From Eledone cirrhosa (lineage: Eukaryota), in the NCBI GenBank assembly GCA_964016885.1, contig OZ024740.1:118110001-118174000 (forward strand): a DNA stretch of 64,000 nt, given 5' to 3'. Numbering within the stretch: position 1 is the first letter of the stretch; the number at the start of each line of letters is the position of its first letter. The notes beneath the pieces were generated by a model that was given only the letters and a program-made list of their open reading frames with translations, ran no database searches and was not told the DNA's origin. This document shows, one piece after another, positions 13,243 to 27,191 of this stretch. The translations under genes and the position numbers were made by a program.

Positions 13243-13245
<3 letters not shown>
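12489..13245 (-). mobile_element. Internally deleted Tc1/mariner (maT/DD37D-like) DNA transposon
   Basis: Perfect 26-bp TIRs CAGGGTGTTCGGGATAAATTTGACAG flanked by TA; N-terminal HTH-like ORF 12862-13128 and C-terminal DYYVWGAVEK...[21 protein letters not shown] at 12613-12837; most of the catalytic domain is missing. Confidence 0.92.
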
Positions 13246-13309
<64 letters not shown>

Positions 13310-13762
13310 TGTTTATGTATGTGGATGGGTAGGAGGATAATTTTAATAAAAAATATTTAGAACTAACTGCTATTTCATTTTCAAAACCATCGTGTGTCTG
13401 TGAGAATGCGCCATGTACGAAACAAAACAATGTTCACTTCCTCAGCAAGATTAACAAGCAGACACTTATTCAACGTATATTCGTTAGCATACTAGTAGAT
13501 GATGTAACGCAAAGCTGCAGGTATTTTAAATAAATGGAAATTGCCTATTACTTGAAGGAAACTTCCTTTTCGGTAACATGTTCTTCACTATATAGCTCAA
13601 GAACATAAACAAAATAGATCATAGAAATAAAGATATATTTATAACTATTCGTCACACATCTATATCATTTAGTGAGCAATCAACAAGCCCAATGTAAGGT
13701 TACATATGTATATATATATATATATATAATATACATATATATATACACACACACATACACAC

Positions 13763-13889
<127 letters not shown>

Positions 13890-15439
13890 CATATATATAT
13901 ACATATATAAAGAATAACAAAATATCGTTATAGGTAATCCAATTAAAGGTTGTGAATACTTCTTATTGTGGATAGTTTTAGCGTACGGCGTTTCTTGACT
14001 CAACAAGAGGTTTACGTAGATGACGAGGTTATGATTTCACTTGTATTCCTATGTAAGTTTATCTTGGAGTAATAAAATTGAAAAAGTGGAGAATAACATG
14101 GTCAACAGTACACAATAGGCGATTTATTTGCAGTCTAACAATTGTTCCACTGATAGAGTTGTTTAAATATTGCTGAACACTAAAAGCAGTGCCACTCAAT
14201 TTTAAATACGATGTTAACTCTATTAGATCATCGGAAACTGTTAAAATAAAATATATGTAACCGGCAAATTTACAAATTCAAATTACATCATCAATAATAA
14301 TATTAATAATAAAGATATAGATAGAAAAGGAGGAAGAAAGGGAGATAGATACAGTAAAGAAAGAAAGGAAAGGAACGTGAAAGAAGAAGAAGGAAAAAGA
14401 AAGAAAAAAGAGAAAGAAGTAGAAAAGGAGAAATTATTATAGATAGAAATGTAAAGAGAGGAAGATATATAGAAGATGGTGGTAGATAGAGGAGAGACAA
14501 ATGTAAGTAAAAATAACGTAGGATAGAAAGAAGAATAGAGGGACAAATATATTAATAAACGTTAATACATGTATAAATGTAAATAAAAATAAAAATAAAA
14601 ATAGATATATAAAAAATATATGAAAAAATATATTTAAAAATATATAAAAAATTGATGAATAAATAAATAAATAAATAAATAGGTTATATCTAATGTGATA
14701 TAAATGGTATAAAATGAAGAATAAAAATAAATACGTAAAAGGAGTAAAAAAAGTAAAAATGTGCGAAGAATATTTAAACATATTAAAATTATTGAGAATT
14801 GTTGAAATATATGGAGACAAAATGAGGTGACAATATGATAATGTTAAATATATTTATGTGTGTATTGGTTATTTTAATAAATAAATAAATTAATTAGTTT
14901 TATCCCGCCAACGTTACCTTTGCCTTTCATCCTTATGGGGTCGATAAAATAAAGTACCAGTAATGCACTGGGTAATTGCTGGCTTTGTGCCAAAAGTAGA
15001 AACAATTATATGATAAAATAAAATGACAGAGATGAAATAATTTGAGGGAGAGAAATATAAAGATAAAGAGTGAAAAATAGAGATATATAAAATAAGAATG
15101 TAAATATAAGAGGTTTTGATGTTGTTCTTTGATAGATGATGAAAATTATAATTGTAATTATAATGATGATGATGATGTTGATAATGTGATATCATAATAG
15201 ATCCAATCTGGGTTATGGAATAGATAAGATGGAATTAAGCTAGTCTAAAGTTCTCAAATTTAGTCGCCGATTTATGTCGACAAAAAATGTTTTTTTCAAT
15301 TTTACTGTTAAGAAGAACTTTGTTGTAATTTAAAATTTAGAAAAGTATAGTATGCCTGTGTACTATAGTACACCTATGTACAAATATAGTAGACCTATGT
15401 ACTATAAATTCAGGTAGCTTAGCATGGCATTAAATTAGT

Positions 15440-15600
15440 TCCACAGCTGGGGAGTTTAAGAAAAGTTGGTGCGTACATAGACACACTATGACTAATATGA
15501 ATCTCTCAAAGACAACGACTCTCGCCAATAAAATCTGGCAACTTAAAGATGCAAACATGGAATATAAAATCAGCTGGAAAAAGCTATCAAATGCATTTCG
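15440..15600 (+). pseudogene. PLE GIY-YIG endonuclease C-terminal fragment
   Basis: STAGEFKKSWCVHRHTM...TTLANKIWQLKDANMEYKISWKKL, similar to TSLSAYIWSLKDNHTQYKLHWEIL at 36418. Confidence 0.7.
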
Positions 15601-15912
15601 ATTGCTACTAAATAACATCAATTTAGTAGCAATCGAAATCTCCCCCTTCCCCAATTGACACTTTATAATTAATACTACTGCACCAAATGACCAGCCCTGT
15701 CCACTGTCCAGTTGGTCAAGTAGAGATTAAAATTGGCACTCCCAAAATTCTTATTTAGATTTACTCATGGTATTCTCATTAGAAACCCATTATATACTTG
15801 TTTAGCAGTAAATTAATTTACCATCTGTCATATACTATCCCCTCTGTTCCTTCCTCTTTTACTAATATAAATACTTCAATTTTTCTGATTTTATCCAATT
15901 TATCCAAAATCT

Positions 15913-16022
15913 CTGAAGAAGTGACAACTGATTATACATTTGCTATCGAATACTTGCTAACATTATATGATTACGCAAGCAGCGATACATAGGTATTCGG
16001 TCTGTTACAGAAACATATGTCA
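15913..16022 (+). ncRNA. Degenerate hammerhead motif downstream of the PLE fragment (family G)
   Basis: CTGAAGA-A GTGACA...TGTTAC A-GAAA-C ATAT G-TC followed by AATAAA; stem I poorly paired. Confidence 0.45.
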
Positions 16023-16075
16023 ATACCTAATAAATTCCTTTTTTAACAAAAGCACTTTCATTTTATATTCATCCT

Positions 16076-16111
<36 letters not shown>

Positions 16112-16940
16112 ATGCATGCTACATGCATTTTATGGTTACGTACATTTGTATATATATAAGTATACAAATATGTACATATATATGTAATGATATGTATTAT
16201 ATAGCTGATTTTATATAGATTTTAAAGTAAACAACTTTCTCATAACTTCAATGATTAACCTAGAGGGTAGTCATTGGATGTGTTATCCATTATTCAACTG
16301 TATCTCCAATAATATTGAATTCTGTTGAACAATTCGCTGTAAACGACGACCTGCTTTTAAATTCAGGTTCAACTCAGACGTTAGAGTGATCTTGATATTT
16401 ACTTCTAGCCCGTCAATCTGCTGCTATATCACACACCTTGTTTGTTAAATAACATTTTCTCTATTTCTGAAATTACATTGTCTGTTATTTAATATGGCAT
16501 ATAAAGGAAAATTGTATAAACAATTTCTAACATCGTAAGTTCAATATCTGAATACAGTATACCTTATTGAAACAGCACCAGGCGATACCATCATAATATG
16601 TCTGATATTTCTCGTTATCCTAACAAATCAACATTAATCTAAAAACAAAAACAAACAAACAAACAACCAAATAACATCGAAAGGCTGCTATGAGAATAAA
16701 ATATATATTTAGCAAATTATGAGACGCATAGAACGCTAAATTAATGAACCTGGGATATGCCTCAAGAGCATCCAGAAGACTCAGCTCAACGTATTATTTA
16801 CAGTTAATTATAAAATGTTCGTTAGAAATACGTATTATCGTCAGCGTGGTGATTGCGTTCTATTATGTAAATTGATGCAACGTAAAAGATTTTACACTGG
16901 GATAATTGCTGGCCTTGTGCCAAAAGTAGAAACAATTATT

Positions 16941-17150
16941 AGGCAGTATCGCTAGAGCGTCAGACACCATGAATTGCAGCATAGAGTTACGGCCCATTAT
17001 GATCTGAGTTCAAATTCTGCCGTGGGAACCTCTGTCTTTCATCCTTGCGGGGTCGATAAAATAAAGCACCAGTAATGCACTGGGGTTGATTTAATCAACT
17101 TTCCCCTCCCCCAAATTAATGGCCTTGTACCTATACTAGAAATCATGATT
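16941..17150 (+). mobile_element. Meta-domain SINE, long 3' variant
   Basis: Consensus plus the GGGGTTGATTTAATCAACT...CCCCTCCCCC segment. Confidence 0.8.
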
Positions 17151-17339
17151 ATTGCTGTGGATTGGCAGTATCGGTAGAGCGTTCGACATTCATTATGCTT
17201 TCCGGCATATAGTTGCGGCTCTTTACATGATGGAATGCTTATGTCAATTAAGAAACATGTTTCTCTTTATCTTCCTTCGCATTTATATTATGTCTCTTTA
17301 CCTTGATTGATCTACCAGTGTTCACAGGGAAATCCCAAT

Positions 17340-17830
17340 GGAATGTCACATTCTCGTCTTCTATTACTACATCTGTAAGATGGTTGTACCATTTCCCTCC
17401 GTTTTCGAACCAGAAAACCTTAAGTATAAATATTGCCCTACTCTAGCATGCTTCATTTTATATTCATGTGTAGCTAATACCTTGCAGCCTGAAACCAGTT
17501 GGACTATGATCCCGAAGACATACTGATCACAGAATCGACATATTGTGTCTGTTCCATTTCTGATCGCACAGGCTTGAAAGTTACGTGTTGAAAAACAATG
17601 GTCTTGTGCAACTAAAATGAAATCTGACTCTCCACCTTTAGCCCAGAACTCCGCAGCCACTAATGGTTTAGATTTGATCTACATCAGATTATTTGCTTCG
17701 GAGAACATACTGCTCATGCAGATGTTTTTGTTCCCATTTAGTGCACAACCTCCGTTGACCATCGTGTTTTTCCAGCCTTTTTATGTTCTTTGTGACTTTA
17801 ATTCCAGAATCGCCCTAGGGTGCGTAGCTT
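17340..17830 (-). pseudogene. R4/Dong-like non-LTR retrotransposon, zinc-knuckle region
   Basis: ESDFILVAQDHCFSTRNF...CRFCDQ...LVSGCKVLATHEYKMKHARV matches the R4-clade AAQDQ..TRNY..CRxC..H..SGC..LA..EYK.RH pattern. Confidence 0.75.
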
Positions 17831-17899
17831 GGAGATAAAATAGTCACTCCAGTTACAGCTGCCATCTTTCCGAATTGAAAGATTACAGCTCCGATACTA

Positions 17900-18135
17900 T
17901 GGACATGTGGTTAGAATGTTTCAGGAAAGAATTTACAGGCAAAACCAACCGGCAGGAGACCTAGAGGTGGACCCCGAGCAAGCTTTTTGGATAACATCCA
18001 TGATCTTGGCTGATCTCACTTGGGGATCCAGCTGGATTAGTTGGAGATTGTTGCTGCTAACAGGACCTGCTAGAAAGAGTATTTGAGGATACCGCCCTCA
18101 AGATTCTCCCAGGAATAAGTGGACGAAGAAGAAGT
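17900..18135 (+). mobile_element. RTE-clade LINE 3' end
   Basis: KPTGRRPRGGPR...DNIHDLG*SHLGI with a GAA-rich tail; homologous to 43185-43325 on the minus strand. Confidence 0.65.
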
Positions 18136-18139
18136 AGAA

Positions 18140-18840
18140 ATCTTCTGATTCCTTTTGCTTTTAGCTATACTTTCTGTTTCGGGGTTTGTTTGATTGATGT
18201 AATATCGGATTTTGAAGTTGCTTTGTAATTAGTAATAACTTTTCTTCCTTTCTTGACTGAACAGATTTCCCAGCAAATATTTTACCCAGGAAATATATTT
18301 TCCCCTCATCATTTCTGTGGGCTTTTGTGAGTGTTGTTTCCTTTTCATTTTTTCTTTTACACACATCTCTTTTCTATTATCGTTGCTGCTGCATAAATAA
18401 ACTCACTCAATTCTGATACATCAGGTCCCATCTCTTTAACAGCCTAATTTCCAGTAATTATATGTAATTTATTCTGCTTGCCGTTTGTCAATTATTTGCA
18501 AGACTTTCTTTCATCCATACTATTTTTATTTTCCAGCTTAACTGAGCATTTCTTGTTTTGTTTGTTCTCTCACATCTTCCTCCATATAGTCAGTCTGTCT
18601 TTCAGTTGCACCTTGCTTCTAATTTTCTGTGAAATCTCTCCTGGGGACAACATAATCAATATGTTTTGTGGTGGCTCATTTGTCATATTCATTTCCATCC
18701 TTTTTTGATATTTGTATACTCAAGTCTCTTTCACCATTCTTCTTAATTTCATTTAACTCTGCATCTGTTAGTCTCTTGTTTGTAAGAATAACTTTTCTTA
18801 CATTTGCAAGATTTTTTTAGTCCAGGTTTAGTGGCATTCC
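18140..18840 (-). pseudogene. R4/Dong-like retrotransposon N-terminal remnants
   Basis: Minus-strand peptides NLANVRKVILTNKRLTDAELNEIKK and ELSEFIYAAATII, typical of the R4-clade pre-RT region. Confidence 0.55.
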
Positions 18841-19415
18841 TTAATTCCCTTCCCCCCATACCCTAAAGGAATCTACTGAGTGTTTTGATTCCGATGGTTT
18901 GCCAATACTCTTCTCGCGTCCATTTTTGGTTTTCCTCGTGATGCTAAATTTGGGAAGGCTTAGGTTGAGATTATTCTCGTTCAAGTGACCATACAAGTCC
19001 GTGTTTGAAGAAGAGCTGGTTTCTGCTGCAGACTTCCCCAGCATAAGCCGATTCCTCACTGAGAGAGGCGGTCCTTGTTGACCCGAGTGACGACCTATCC
19101 GGTATGTGTCTTTGTTTGTAGATATTGTGGTGCTTTTTGTTGTTTCTTTAAGCGTTTTATCCTTCGCTACCATAGGGTAATTTTGTTCAAGATACCACCA
19201 CTTGGACGATTATCTGCCACGATTAGTGAGCTCGTCATAGCTATGAGACACAGCTACTCCCTGCCCGGTGCCAGCAAGTTATTTCTTCACCACGAGTGTT
19301 ATTATTATTACTGCTATCTTGAAGGTTTTCTTCATGAAAACCCTTTGTGTTTAACAAATTAATCATTACCACCACCAGCAGCAACACCAACACCACAACC
19401 ATCATTATTAATCCT

Positions 19416-19590
19416 ATCGGTAGAGGGTAGGATGCCATGCTTTGTGGCATAGAGTTACGGCCCTTGCCATTCTGAGTTCAAATCCTGCCAAGGTTAACTT
19501 TACCCTTCATCCTTACGGGGTTGATAAAATAAAGTACCAGTAATGCACTGGTAAATTGCTGGTCTTGTGCCAAAATTAGAAACAATTATT
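19416..19590 (+). mobile_element. Meta-domain SINE, 5' truncated
   Basis: Consensus match. Confidence 0.8.
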
Positions 19591-20362
19591 AATCCTATTA
19601 TCACCATTATTATTGCTTTTGTAGCTACCCTGTGTTACTTTCTGATGTTTTTTTTTGTTTTTCATAGAAAAAGGATTGGTAGATTGGAGCTACTTTCTGT
19701 ATTGCTGCTGATTTTGTTGTTGCAGTATTTCTTCTTTGTTTGTGGTTCCCTCTCCATCTCAGTGAATCCTCTTCTCCAGACAACACTAATGTACATGGGC
19801 TTGTTGACTTCTACGTCAACATCAGACTATGACTAGATTGATGTAGTCCTTTCTAATTTTAACGAAAGGCGGCTTTATGATACAATTTATATCACAGTTA
19901 ATTTCTTCTGTCGCCATTTTAAGAAAAGGTGCAGCTTATAAAAAATTATTACATTGGAAATTTGAAAATATTCTTTGGCCGATCCCTCTCCGAATCAAAT
20001 TATTTCTGTTCATCTAGGCAATCTCCATATCCAGACGATGGAACACAATGTTTAAGTATATACTGACCACCGACACACACCGTATTATTATTTTTTTTTT
20101 ATTACCATCTATAATAATAATAGTGGTATCAGTACTTTTAGAGAACCTGAATACCAGATGATGGTGAGAGTGTCATTGGGTGCCTACAAGAACATTAAGG
20201 AGAGCTTTCCATTGCCGTGGAAATCCGTAATGCAAAAGCAGCGATTAGGCTTTTAAAGGGGTTCCCAAAAGAAACCCCACGATGTATGGGGGTGGAACCA
20301 CCAAACCTGGACGAGCATCCGGAGGTTAAATAAACCATTTTTCTCTTGATAAACCACGAAAC

Positions 20363-21280
20363 ATGCCTATATTAAGAGTAATTTGTGTAAATGTTCGTGG
20401 CCTTATCTCGTTTTGGAAGCAGAATAGCTTCGATATGGATCTGATTGCAGTCATAGACATCAAGATTTCCGACTCACACGCACTAGCCTCCATTTTCGAG
20501 CACTATCAGACCTTCGAATCTCCTAGTCAGAAGGGAATGGGAGGTGGGTGGCTTGTCAGAGCTATTTAGGAAATGCTTGGATCTAAGGTAAGGACGATCT
20601 TCTTAGACTCGGATGGTAAATTGGTGATCCTGGACGAGAGTAATAGCGAAGTTGGTGCCTTCCGACTGGTGGCCATATACGCCCTGACCGGTCGGCCGGA
20701 TTTCTTTTGGTGACTGGAAGATTTTCTGGAAACGTCGCGCTCTTTACTGTTAGCGAGGGACTAGAAGGGCATCTTAGACACACGGTGGTATTGTGTGGGG
20801 GAAGCTGATAAAACCGTAGGGTACAAAGAACTCAAGTAAATGATCAGTCAGTTCCAACTGTCTGACAGGTACCGACTAGATTTCCAGAATGCGCCAGTGA
20901 GGATCTAGACAAAACGATCTAGAGACATATAGATAAGGTTTTCGTTAGGTCAGCAGATAGGGATAGTAGAGGTTGTTCATATTTCCGAACGGTTGCCTAT
21001 TCAGATCACACATTTGTGATGTGCATAATCGACCAATATAAAACATGAAGGATGGGACATGGTTACTAGAAGCTTATTACGTCATTCCCAGTGCGTACAA
21101 CAAACAGGGACCGGGTCACCACATTAGTTAGGTATAATTTGACAGGACGGGTCGTCAACAAGTGGCGGGATGCTCTTAAAAGAATGATTAGAGTAATTTC
21201 AATAGATTTTAGCGACGAAGTAGCAATAGAAAATGTAGAAAGGAGGGGGATATTTGTAGTGGCATTGCAACTGAGGTGCT
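20363..21280 (+). pseudogene. L1/Tx1-clade LINE ORF2 AP-endonuclease remnant
   Basis: ICVNVRGL, DLIAV, LDSDGKLVILD, FRLVAIYA and SDH motifs across frameshifts and stops. Confidence 0.7.
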
Positions 21281-21349
21281 AGTGGTGAGAATGGCATTAT
21301 ACTATTTCTTCAATGTAAAACTGGAAGGTTTGTATATATATATATACAT

Positions 21350-21447
<98 letters not shown>

Positions 21448-21558
21448 TGATATGATTCCAGTTCCTCAGAGAAATAACAACCCAACCAGGAGCTGCACAT
21501 ATCGGAGTATTGACAGAGTAAAACACTTTAACAACATGTGTACCTGTCTCTACCACAC

Positions 21559-21608
21559 CTGAAGAGGTCACAGCCAATGATGACTGTCACCGAATTATAT
21601 ATTGCAGT
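21559..21608 (+). ncRNA. Damaged hammerhead, family H (repeat 21449-21660)
   Basis: Homologue of 41534-41588 with the 5' strand of stem I deleted and GAAA changed to GAAT. Confidence 0.5.
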
Positions 21609-21657
21609 ACATCTTTAATAAACGAAGCCAAATTTTAAATATTTGACTTAATTACTT

Positions 21658-21694
<37 letters not shown>

Positions 21695-21769
21695 TAATAA
21701 TGTATATATATATATATATGCTAATAATAAAAAGGACGAATTGTTAGGTCTTCATTGCGTTTATTAAGT

Positions 21770-21844
21770 AGTGACGCGCGTTTCACGATAGATCAGCTGA
21801 AGGTTCGATCTCTCCCAACTCTGGAATCAGAAACTCGTCGGACT
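21770..21844 (-). ncRNA. Hammerhead variant with U4C core, family E, inside inverted repeat 21720-21970
   Basis: Minus: AGT-CCGACGA-G...T-GAAA-C GCGC G-TC-ACT; its 3' half is repeated on the plus strand at 21905-21920. Confidence 0.55.
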
Positions 21845-22482
21845 TCTGTTATGGTCCTTACCATAACCATATCGATACAGGTCGAACCTTGAGCTCATCA
21901 ATCGCGAAACACGCGTCACTACTCAAAGAAGGTAATGAAGATCTACCACTTCGTCCTTTTATTATTAGTATTAGCCTCTGTTTAGTACAACATCAATATA
22001 TCTACTGGAATCTACGCATTTAACGACAAGCAGCCACGGGCGACAACAGGTAAAAACAGGCCAGAGCAGCATGTCATCAAGTCTAGAATTACGAATACCT
22101 CAACAACAGAGAAGCAAAGGAAATAACAGACAACACAGACAACAAGTAGTAATAACATGCTGCAGCAATCATCAACTGGAAACAAACAAAACCAGAAAAC
22201 AACAGGATTCTTCGAAAACAAACCTTTCGGAATGCTTAGGGAAAGCAATAAATAATTTCAGAAAATTCGGAATATAACTGAACAATCTTAATCTAGCAAT
22301 TAATAGCCAAAACATATATTTCAGAATTCAATTTTCTCGTCCCCACTTTCTCTCCCAATAATAATAATAACAATACTGCTGCTGCTGCTGCTGCTGATGA
22401 TGATGATGATACCGAGGAGGAGGATAATCAACAACATTAACAATAATAATAGTGGTGATGATGATGATGATGATGATTCGTT

Positions 22483-22513
<31 letters not shown>

Positions 22514-23078
22514 AAGAAGAAGAAGAAGAATGTGATGATGATGATGATGATGATGAGTAAATATCAAATAAATAACTATTTCTCGTTTTCATTGTTGTTT
22601 AACTTTAGTTTATGCTTTCATAATTTTTTCTTTCATGACATATTTTATATTATTTAGTTTTATCTTTCACAATGTATATACCATATATAATATATTTGTC
22701 TATAAATCTATATTCAAATACCAACTTTTATTAGACGTGCGATTAGATAAAAATATGCTTCTAATCTCTAGGACAAATATTTTATTTTATATTTTCCAAA
22801 TTTATCTTTCAACCAATGTATTTTTATCAGGTCGATATTTTATTTACTGTGATCATCATTATTAGGATATACTGAATTATGATTTAATATTATCATCATT
22901 ATTATTAATGAATAAAATTGTGATTTATTATTAATATTATCGGCTTTCAATTTAGAAAGGTGAAAATAGGTCGACTCAGTTGTTCACTGCATTATTTTAT
23001 TCATAAAGACTAGATCCTCAGTCACACATACATATAAATTACACACGCGATTGCACGCAAACACACACACACACACAT

Positions 23079-23124
<46 letters not shown>

Positions 23125-23768
23125 TATGTAGAGAGAGATAGAATATATAAATAGATATATAGAGAGAGAGAAAGATAGGTGCGTGTGTGTGCGTGTGTAT
23201 CTTGAGTTCAACCGGTGGTAACTACAGTAAGTTACTCAATGCATACTAAAGTGTTTAGAATATTTAATATAGAAATATATATATTGCTCGCACATTGCTC
23301 GGTTTGTTGTTTTTTCGGTGTTTTTTTTTTTTTACTGTTTTCTCTTTTCTTTCCTTTTGCTTTCCTTTGCTTCTCTGTTTTCCCAATAACTCATCCAGTT
23401 ATTGACGCCCTGGGACGAAATATATTGTCTTTAAAGCGTAGAAATATCCGAGATCCCCAGTAGATAACTGATGAGCCCCCCCCCCCCCCCCCCATTCTTG
23501 CTTTCTTCGTATTCCCACTGCAATTTAAGTTATATATATAGAGAGAGATATAGATATAGTTGTCGAAACGGCCCGGGCTCAGCCGTCAGGATCCTGACTC
23601 TTTTTTTATATATATATTGTTATACTTTGGGAGGGTCATGTTGCCAATAAGAAACACACGCATCAGACGCTTTCACTTCAATTTATTATAAATTAAATTA
23701 TAAATTTAAACATTTATAAATTTCCGGTTGGTTGGTTGGTTCCACAACTGGACCGTTGTTCATATATT

Positions 23769-23811
23769 GTCAAAGTTCTTTCGTCACATATTCTGTGACC
23801 TCTTCAGTGGC
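23769..23811 (-). ncRNA. Hammerhead-like motif, family F
   Basis: Minus: GCCA-CTGAAGA-G GTCAC AGAATAT GTGAC-GAAA-GAAC-TT-TGAC. Confidence 0.45.
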
Positions 23812-24407
23812 TGGGGATTATTTTCTTTGTTTTTGTGCCTCTCCTTTGTTCTGTCCTATGCCATCTTGTTTTTCTGTGAGTTGTGTGCTTAATTTGCGCA
23901 TGTGTTACATCCGGGTGTCTGTGTGTGTTTTTATTTGTTTATTTATCTGTTTATTTACATGTTACTGGTTGTTTGTTTGTTCTATGTGTGTGTGTTTTCA
24001 CTTTGTAATTGTGATGTTGCTATTCCATTCATGTTTTCTATTTAATTGCTAAAATAGAACATAAGGGCAAATTAGAGAACATAGAAATAAAAATAAAATC
24101 TACACACAAAAAAGACGCAATGTTTAGACAAATCACAGAGGCAATAAACATAAATGAACTCCAACCAAAATTAAATAAAAAACATGAATGGAATAGCAAC
24201 ATCACAATTAAGGACAAAATGAAAACACACGCACATAGAACAAACAACCAACCAGTAACATGTAAATAAACAAATAAATAAACAAATAAAAACACACACA
24301 GACACCCGGATGTAACACATCCTCAAACTAAGCACACAACACACAGAAAAACAAGATGGCGTAGGACAGAACAAAGGAGAGGCACAAAACAAAGAAAATA
24401 ATCCCCA

Positions 24408-24450
24408 GTCACTGAAGAGTTCACAGAATGTGTGACGAAAGAACTTTGAC
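24408..24450 (+). ncRNA. Hammerhead-like motif, family F
   Basis: GTCA-CTGAAGA-GTTCAC AGAATGT GTGAC-GAAA-GAAC-TT-TGAC; 4-bp stem I and one extra nucleotide at the base of stem II. Confidence 0.55.
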
Positions 24451-24664
24451 AATATATGAACAACCGTCCGGTTGTGGAACCAACCAACGAACCGTAAATT
24501 TATGAATTTTTTAATTTATAATTTAATTTATAATAAATTGGAGTGAAAGCTTGGTGCGTGTGTTTCTTATTGGCAACATGACCCTCCCAAAGTATAACAA
24601 TATCGGTTTCAACACACGTTTTCAGATAAAGAATCTTGCTAAACAAATTCAGAAACGAAATATA

Positions 24665-24800
<136 letters not shown>

Positions 24801-26220
24801 ACGGTAAATAACTACGATGTTACCAAAACTACCATCATAGGTAATCCATCAATTTCACCCTTTCAAACAATGCATCAATGGCATACGACTTAATACTGGA
24901 GCAACTTCGGTACTTAATCTTCTGCGATGATATGTTCAACTTATGTGAGAATGAATTGTACGGTTATGCTCACATTAGTCTACAACACAGGTGACAATAA
25001 TCTACAAAAGAAATGCAATCACAAACCATTAGAAATCATCAACAAGGCATGAAGGGCACTGTTTTTCAGGGTCCTGTACGTTCCTACCTGGTTATGAACG
25101 CTTCGCACTCGATCCAAAAATATGTATTCAGGACGATAGCTCTCTACACTCAACTATCAAAATGTTCTTGATGCTGTCAAAAGACCTACTTCAGCCAACG
25201 AGATACAGGCTTTTAAACGTGACCTTAACATAAGGAATGTAGTGAACCAAAACTGACACATAGGATACGTATAACCAATGATGTATATTATATATGTATA
25301 TTACACCCACACAAGCACACACTTAAGCACATATGCACACACACATACACACATATATACTTAAAAATGTATAGTTGCTTTGATCTCAGTGCTGCAAACA
25401 CTTGTGTGTGTGAGAGAGTGTGCATGTGTGTGTGTGCGTGTATACTCCTAATTGTACATAGTTTTAATATATGCATGTATGGATGTATGTGTATGCATAT
25501 ATATTCAAGGTGTATTATATATGTAATATGCATGAATAGAGACAAAAATAACAAATTCATTCATTTATTTATTGCTAGTAAATGACTTATTATCAGATTA
25601 ATACAATTCGTTATAAAGGCCCATAGCATTCAATTATGTTGACACTACACATTTTTTGCTCTGCTACTAACATCACTACTGATGGACTAAATTCATATTT
25701 TGTGCTTTAATGAGATGATAATACTAATATTATTTAGTATATGCCGTCACCTCAGTGTACATGATATTGAGTTGGCGATTTTGTAAATAAATGTTTATAA
25801 GAGAGGACATAAGGATGTGAGGGAATTAGTTGTTAAGGGTTAGGCTCCTGGGAAATAATTAATTAGAAAAATGCCAGCTAAAATGTTTTTAATTCTGAGT
25901 GTAAAATCCAGCAATATCGCCTTTATATTTCGTCCTTATAGGATCGGTAAAATATGTGTCTGACAAGTACTAGTATCAATTAAATTGACTATATTCTTCT
26001 GAAACATGTACCCAAGAGTCTACGTTAGAAACTATTATATAATATCATTGAAACGTTGAGGGGCAAAATCAATAGAATTTGAAACTAAATGTACTGCCTG
26101 GCTCAAAATTACTTCCTTTAGAGTTTATCCTTAAAAGCTCGATAAAATCGTAAAAACTCGTAAAAATAATGTACTATGAACGAATTCAATGAAGTATGTA
26201 CTCCTTATTGCTATCTATAA

Positions 26221-26435
26221 TGGTTTCTGATTTAGGCATAAGGACATTTTAGGAGAGGAGACAGTCGATTAAATCGACCCCACTGCGTGACTGGTGCTTT
26301 ATTCCATCGACCCCGTAAGGATGAAAGACAAAGCTAACCTTAGCGGGATTTTAACTGAGACCGTAACAGAACCGTAACTCTATAATTCAAAGCGTAGTGT
26401 CCGACGCTCTACCGATACTGCCAATCCACAGCCTT
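26221..26435 (-). mobile_element. Meta-domain SINE, long 3' variant
   Basis: Consensus match on the minus strand. Confidence 0.8.
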
Positions 26436-27029
26436 AATTATTGATGTTAATAATAATACGGTATCACCAAAGGAAAAGGTGACGGATTTGCAGAGTCGTT
26501 CGAATAGAATGTGTTAGAATAGAACGTCTGAACTCATTCCATCTTTCTGTGATCTGTGTTAAAATCCCGCCGACGTCAACATTGCCTTTTATCATTTAGA
26601 GGTTGATCAATAAAGCCCCAGTCCAATACTAGGGACGGGCTCCTCCAGATTAAATGGTCAGAATTACTCATGTCATGATGTTGTCTCTACGACTCCATCG
26701 GGAGTTAAAGATTCAAGCATGCATAACATGCTTTACTAAACACAAAAACACTAAAACAAGCATTCATTCTTACAAACAAAATCGTTAGAATCGGTTTATT
26801 GTTGCAATTCAACATGAGCGTATATTTCAGCTTTCGTTTCAGTTTCCTGCATTCAAAAATCAGTAGAAACATTTGACCATTTTTGAAGGAAACAATAAAC
26901 ACAATAATTATGTTATTTCTTTCTTCTTTCTTTCTTTCTTGGATTCAATCTTTCTATTTGTTTGTATGGCGGAAGAACTCATAAGAGTTAATGGCCATCC
27001 AGAAATGTTTAAATACATGTACGCATGTG

Positions 27030-27191
<162 letters not shown>

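Larger units (their letters stand above)
23615..24660. mobile_element. Inverted pair of repeat family F (PLE pLTR or retrozyme-like)
   Basis: 23615-24045 is the reverse complement of about 24170-24602; both ends run into (TA)n. Confidence 0.85.

Noticed and set aside
23468-23590. CTGATGA at 23468 joined with GAAA...GTC at 23565 as one hammerhead
   Set aside because: No stem I complementarity; the halves are separated by poly-C and TA tracts and appear to come from different repeats
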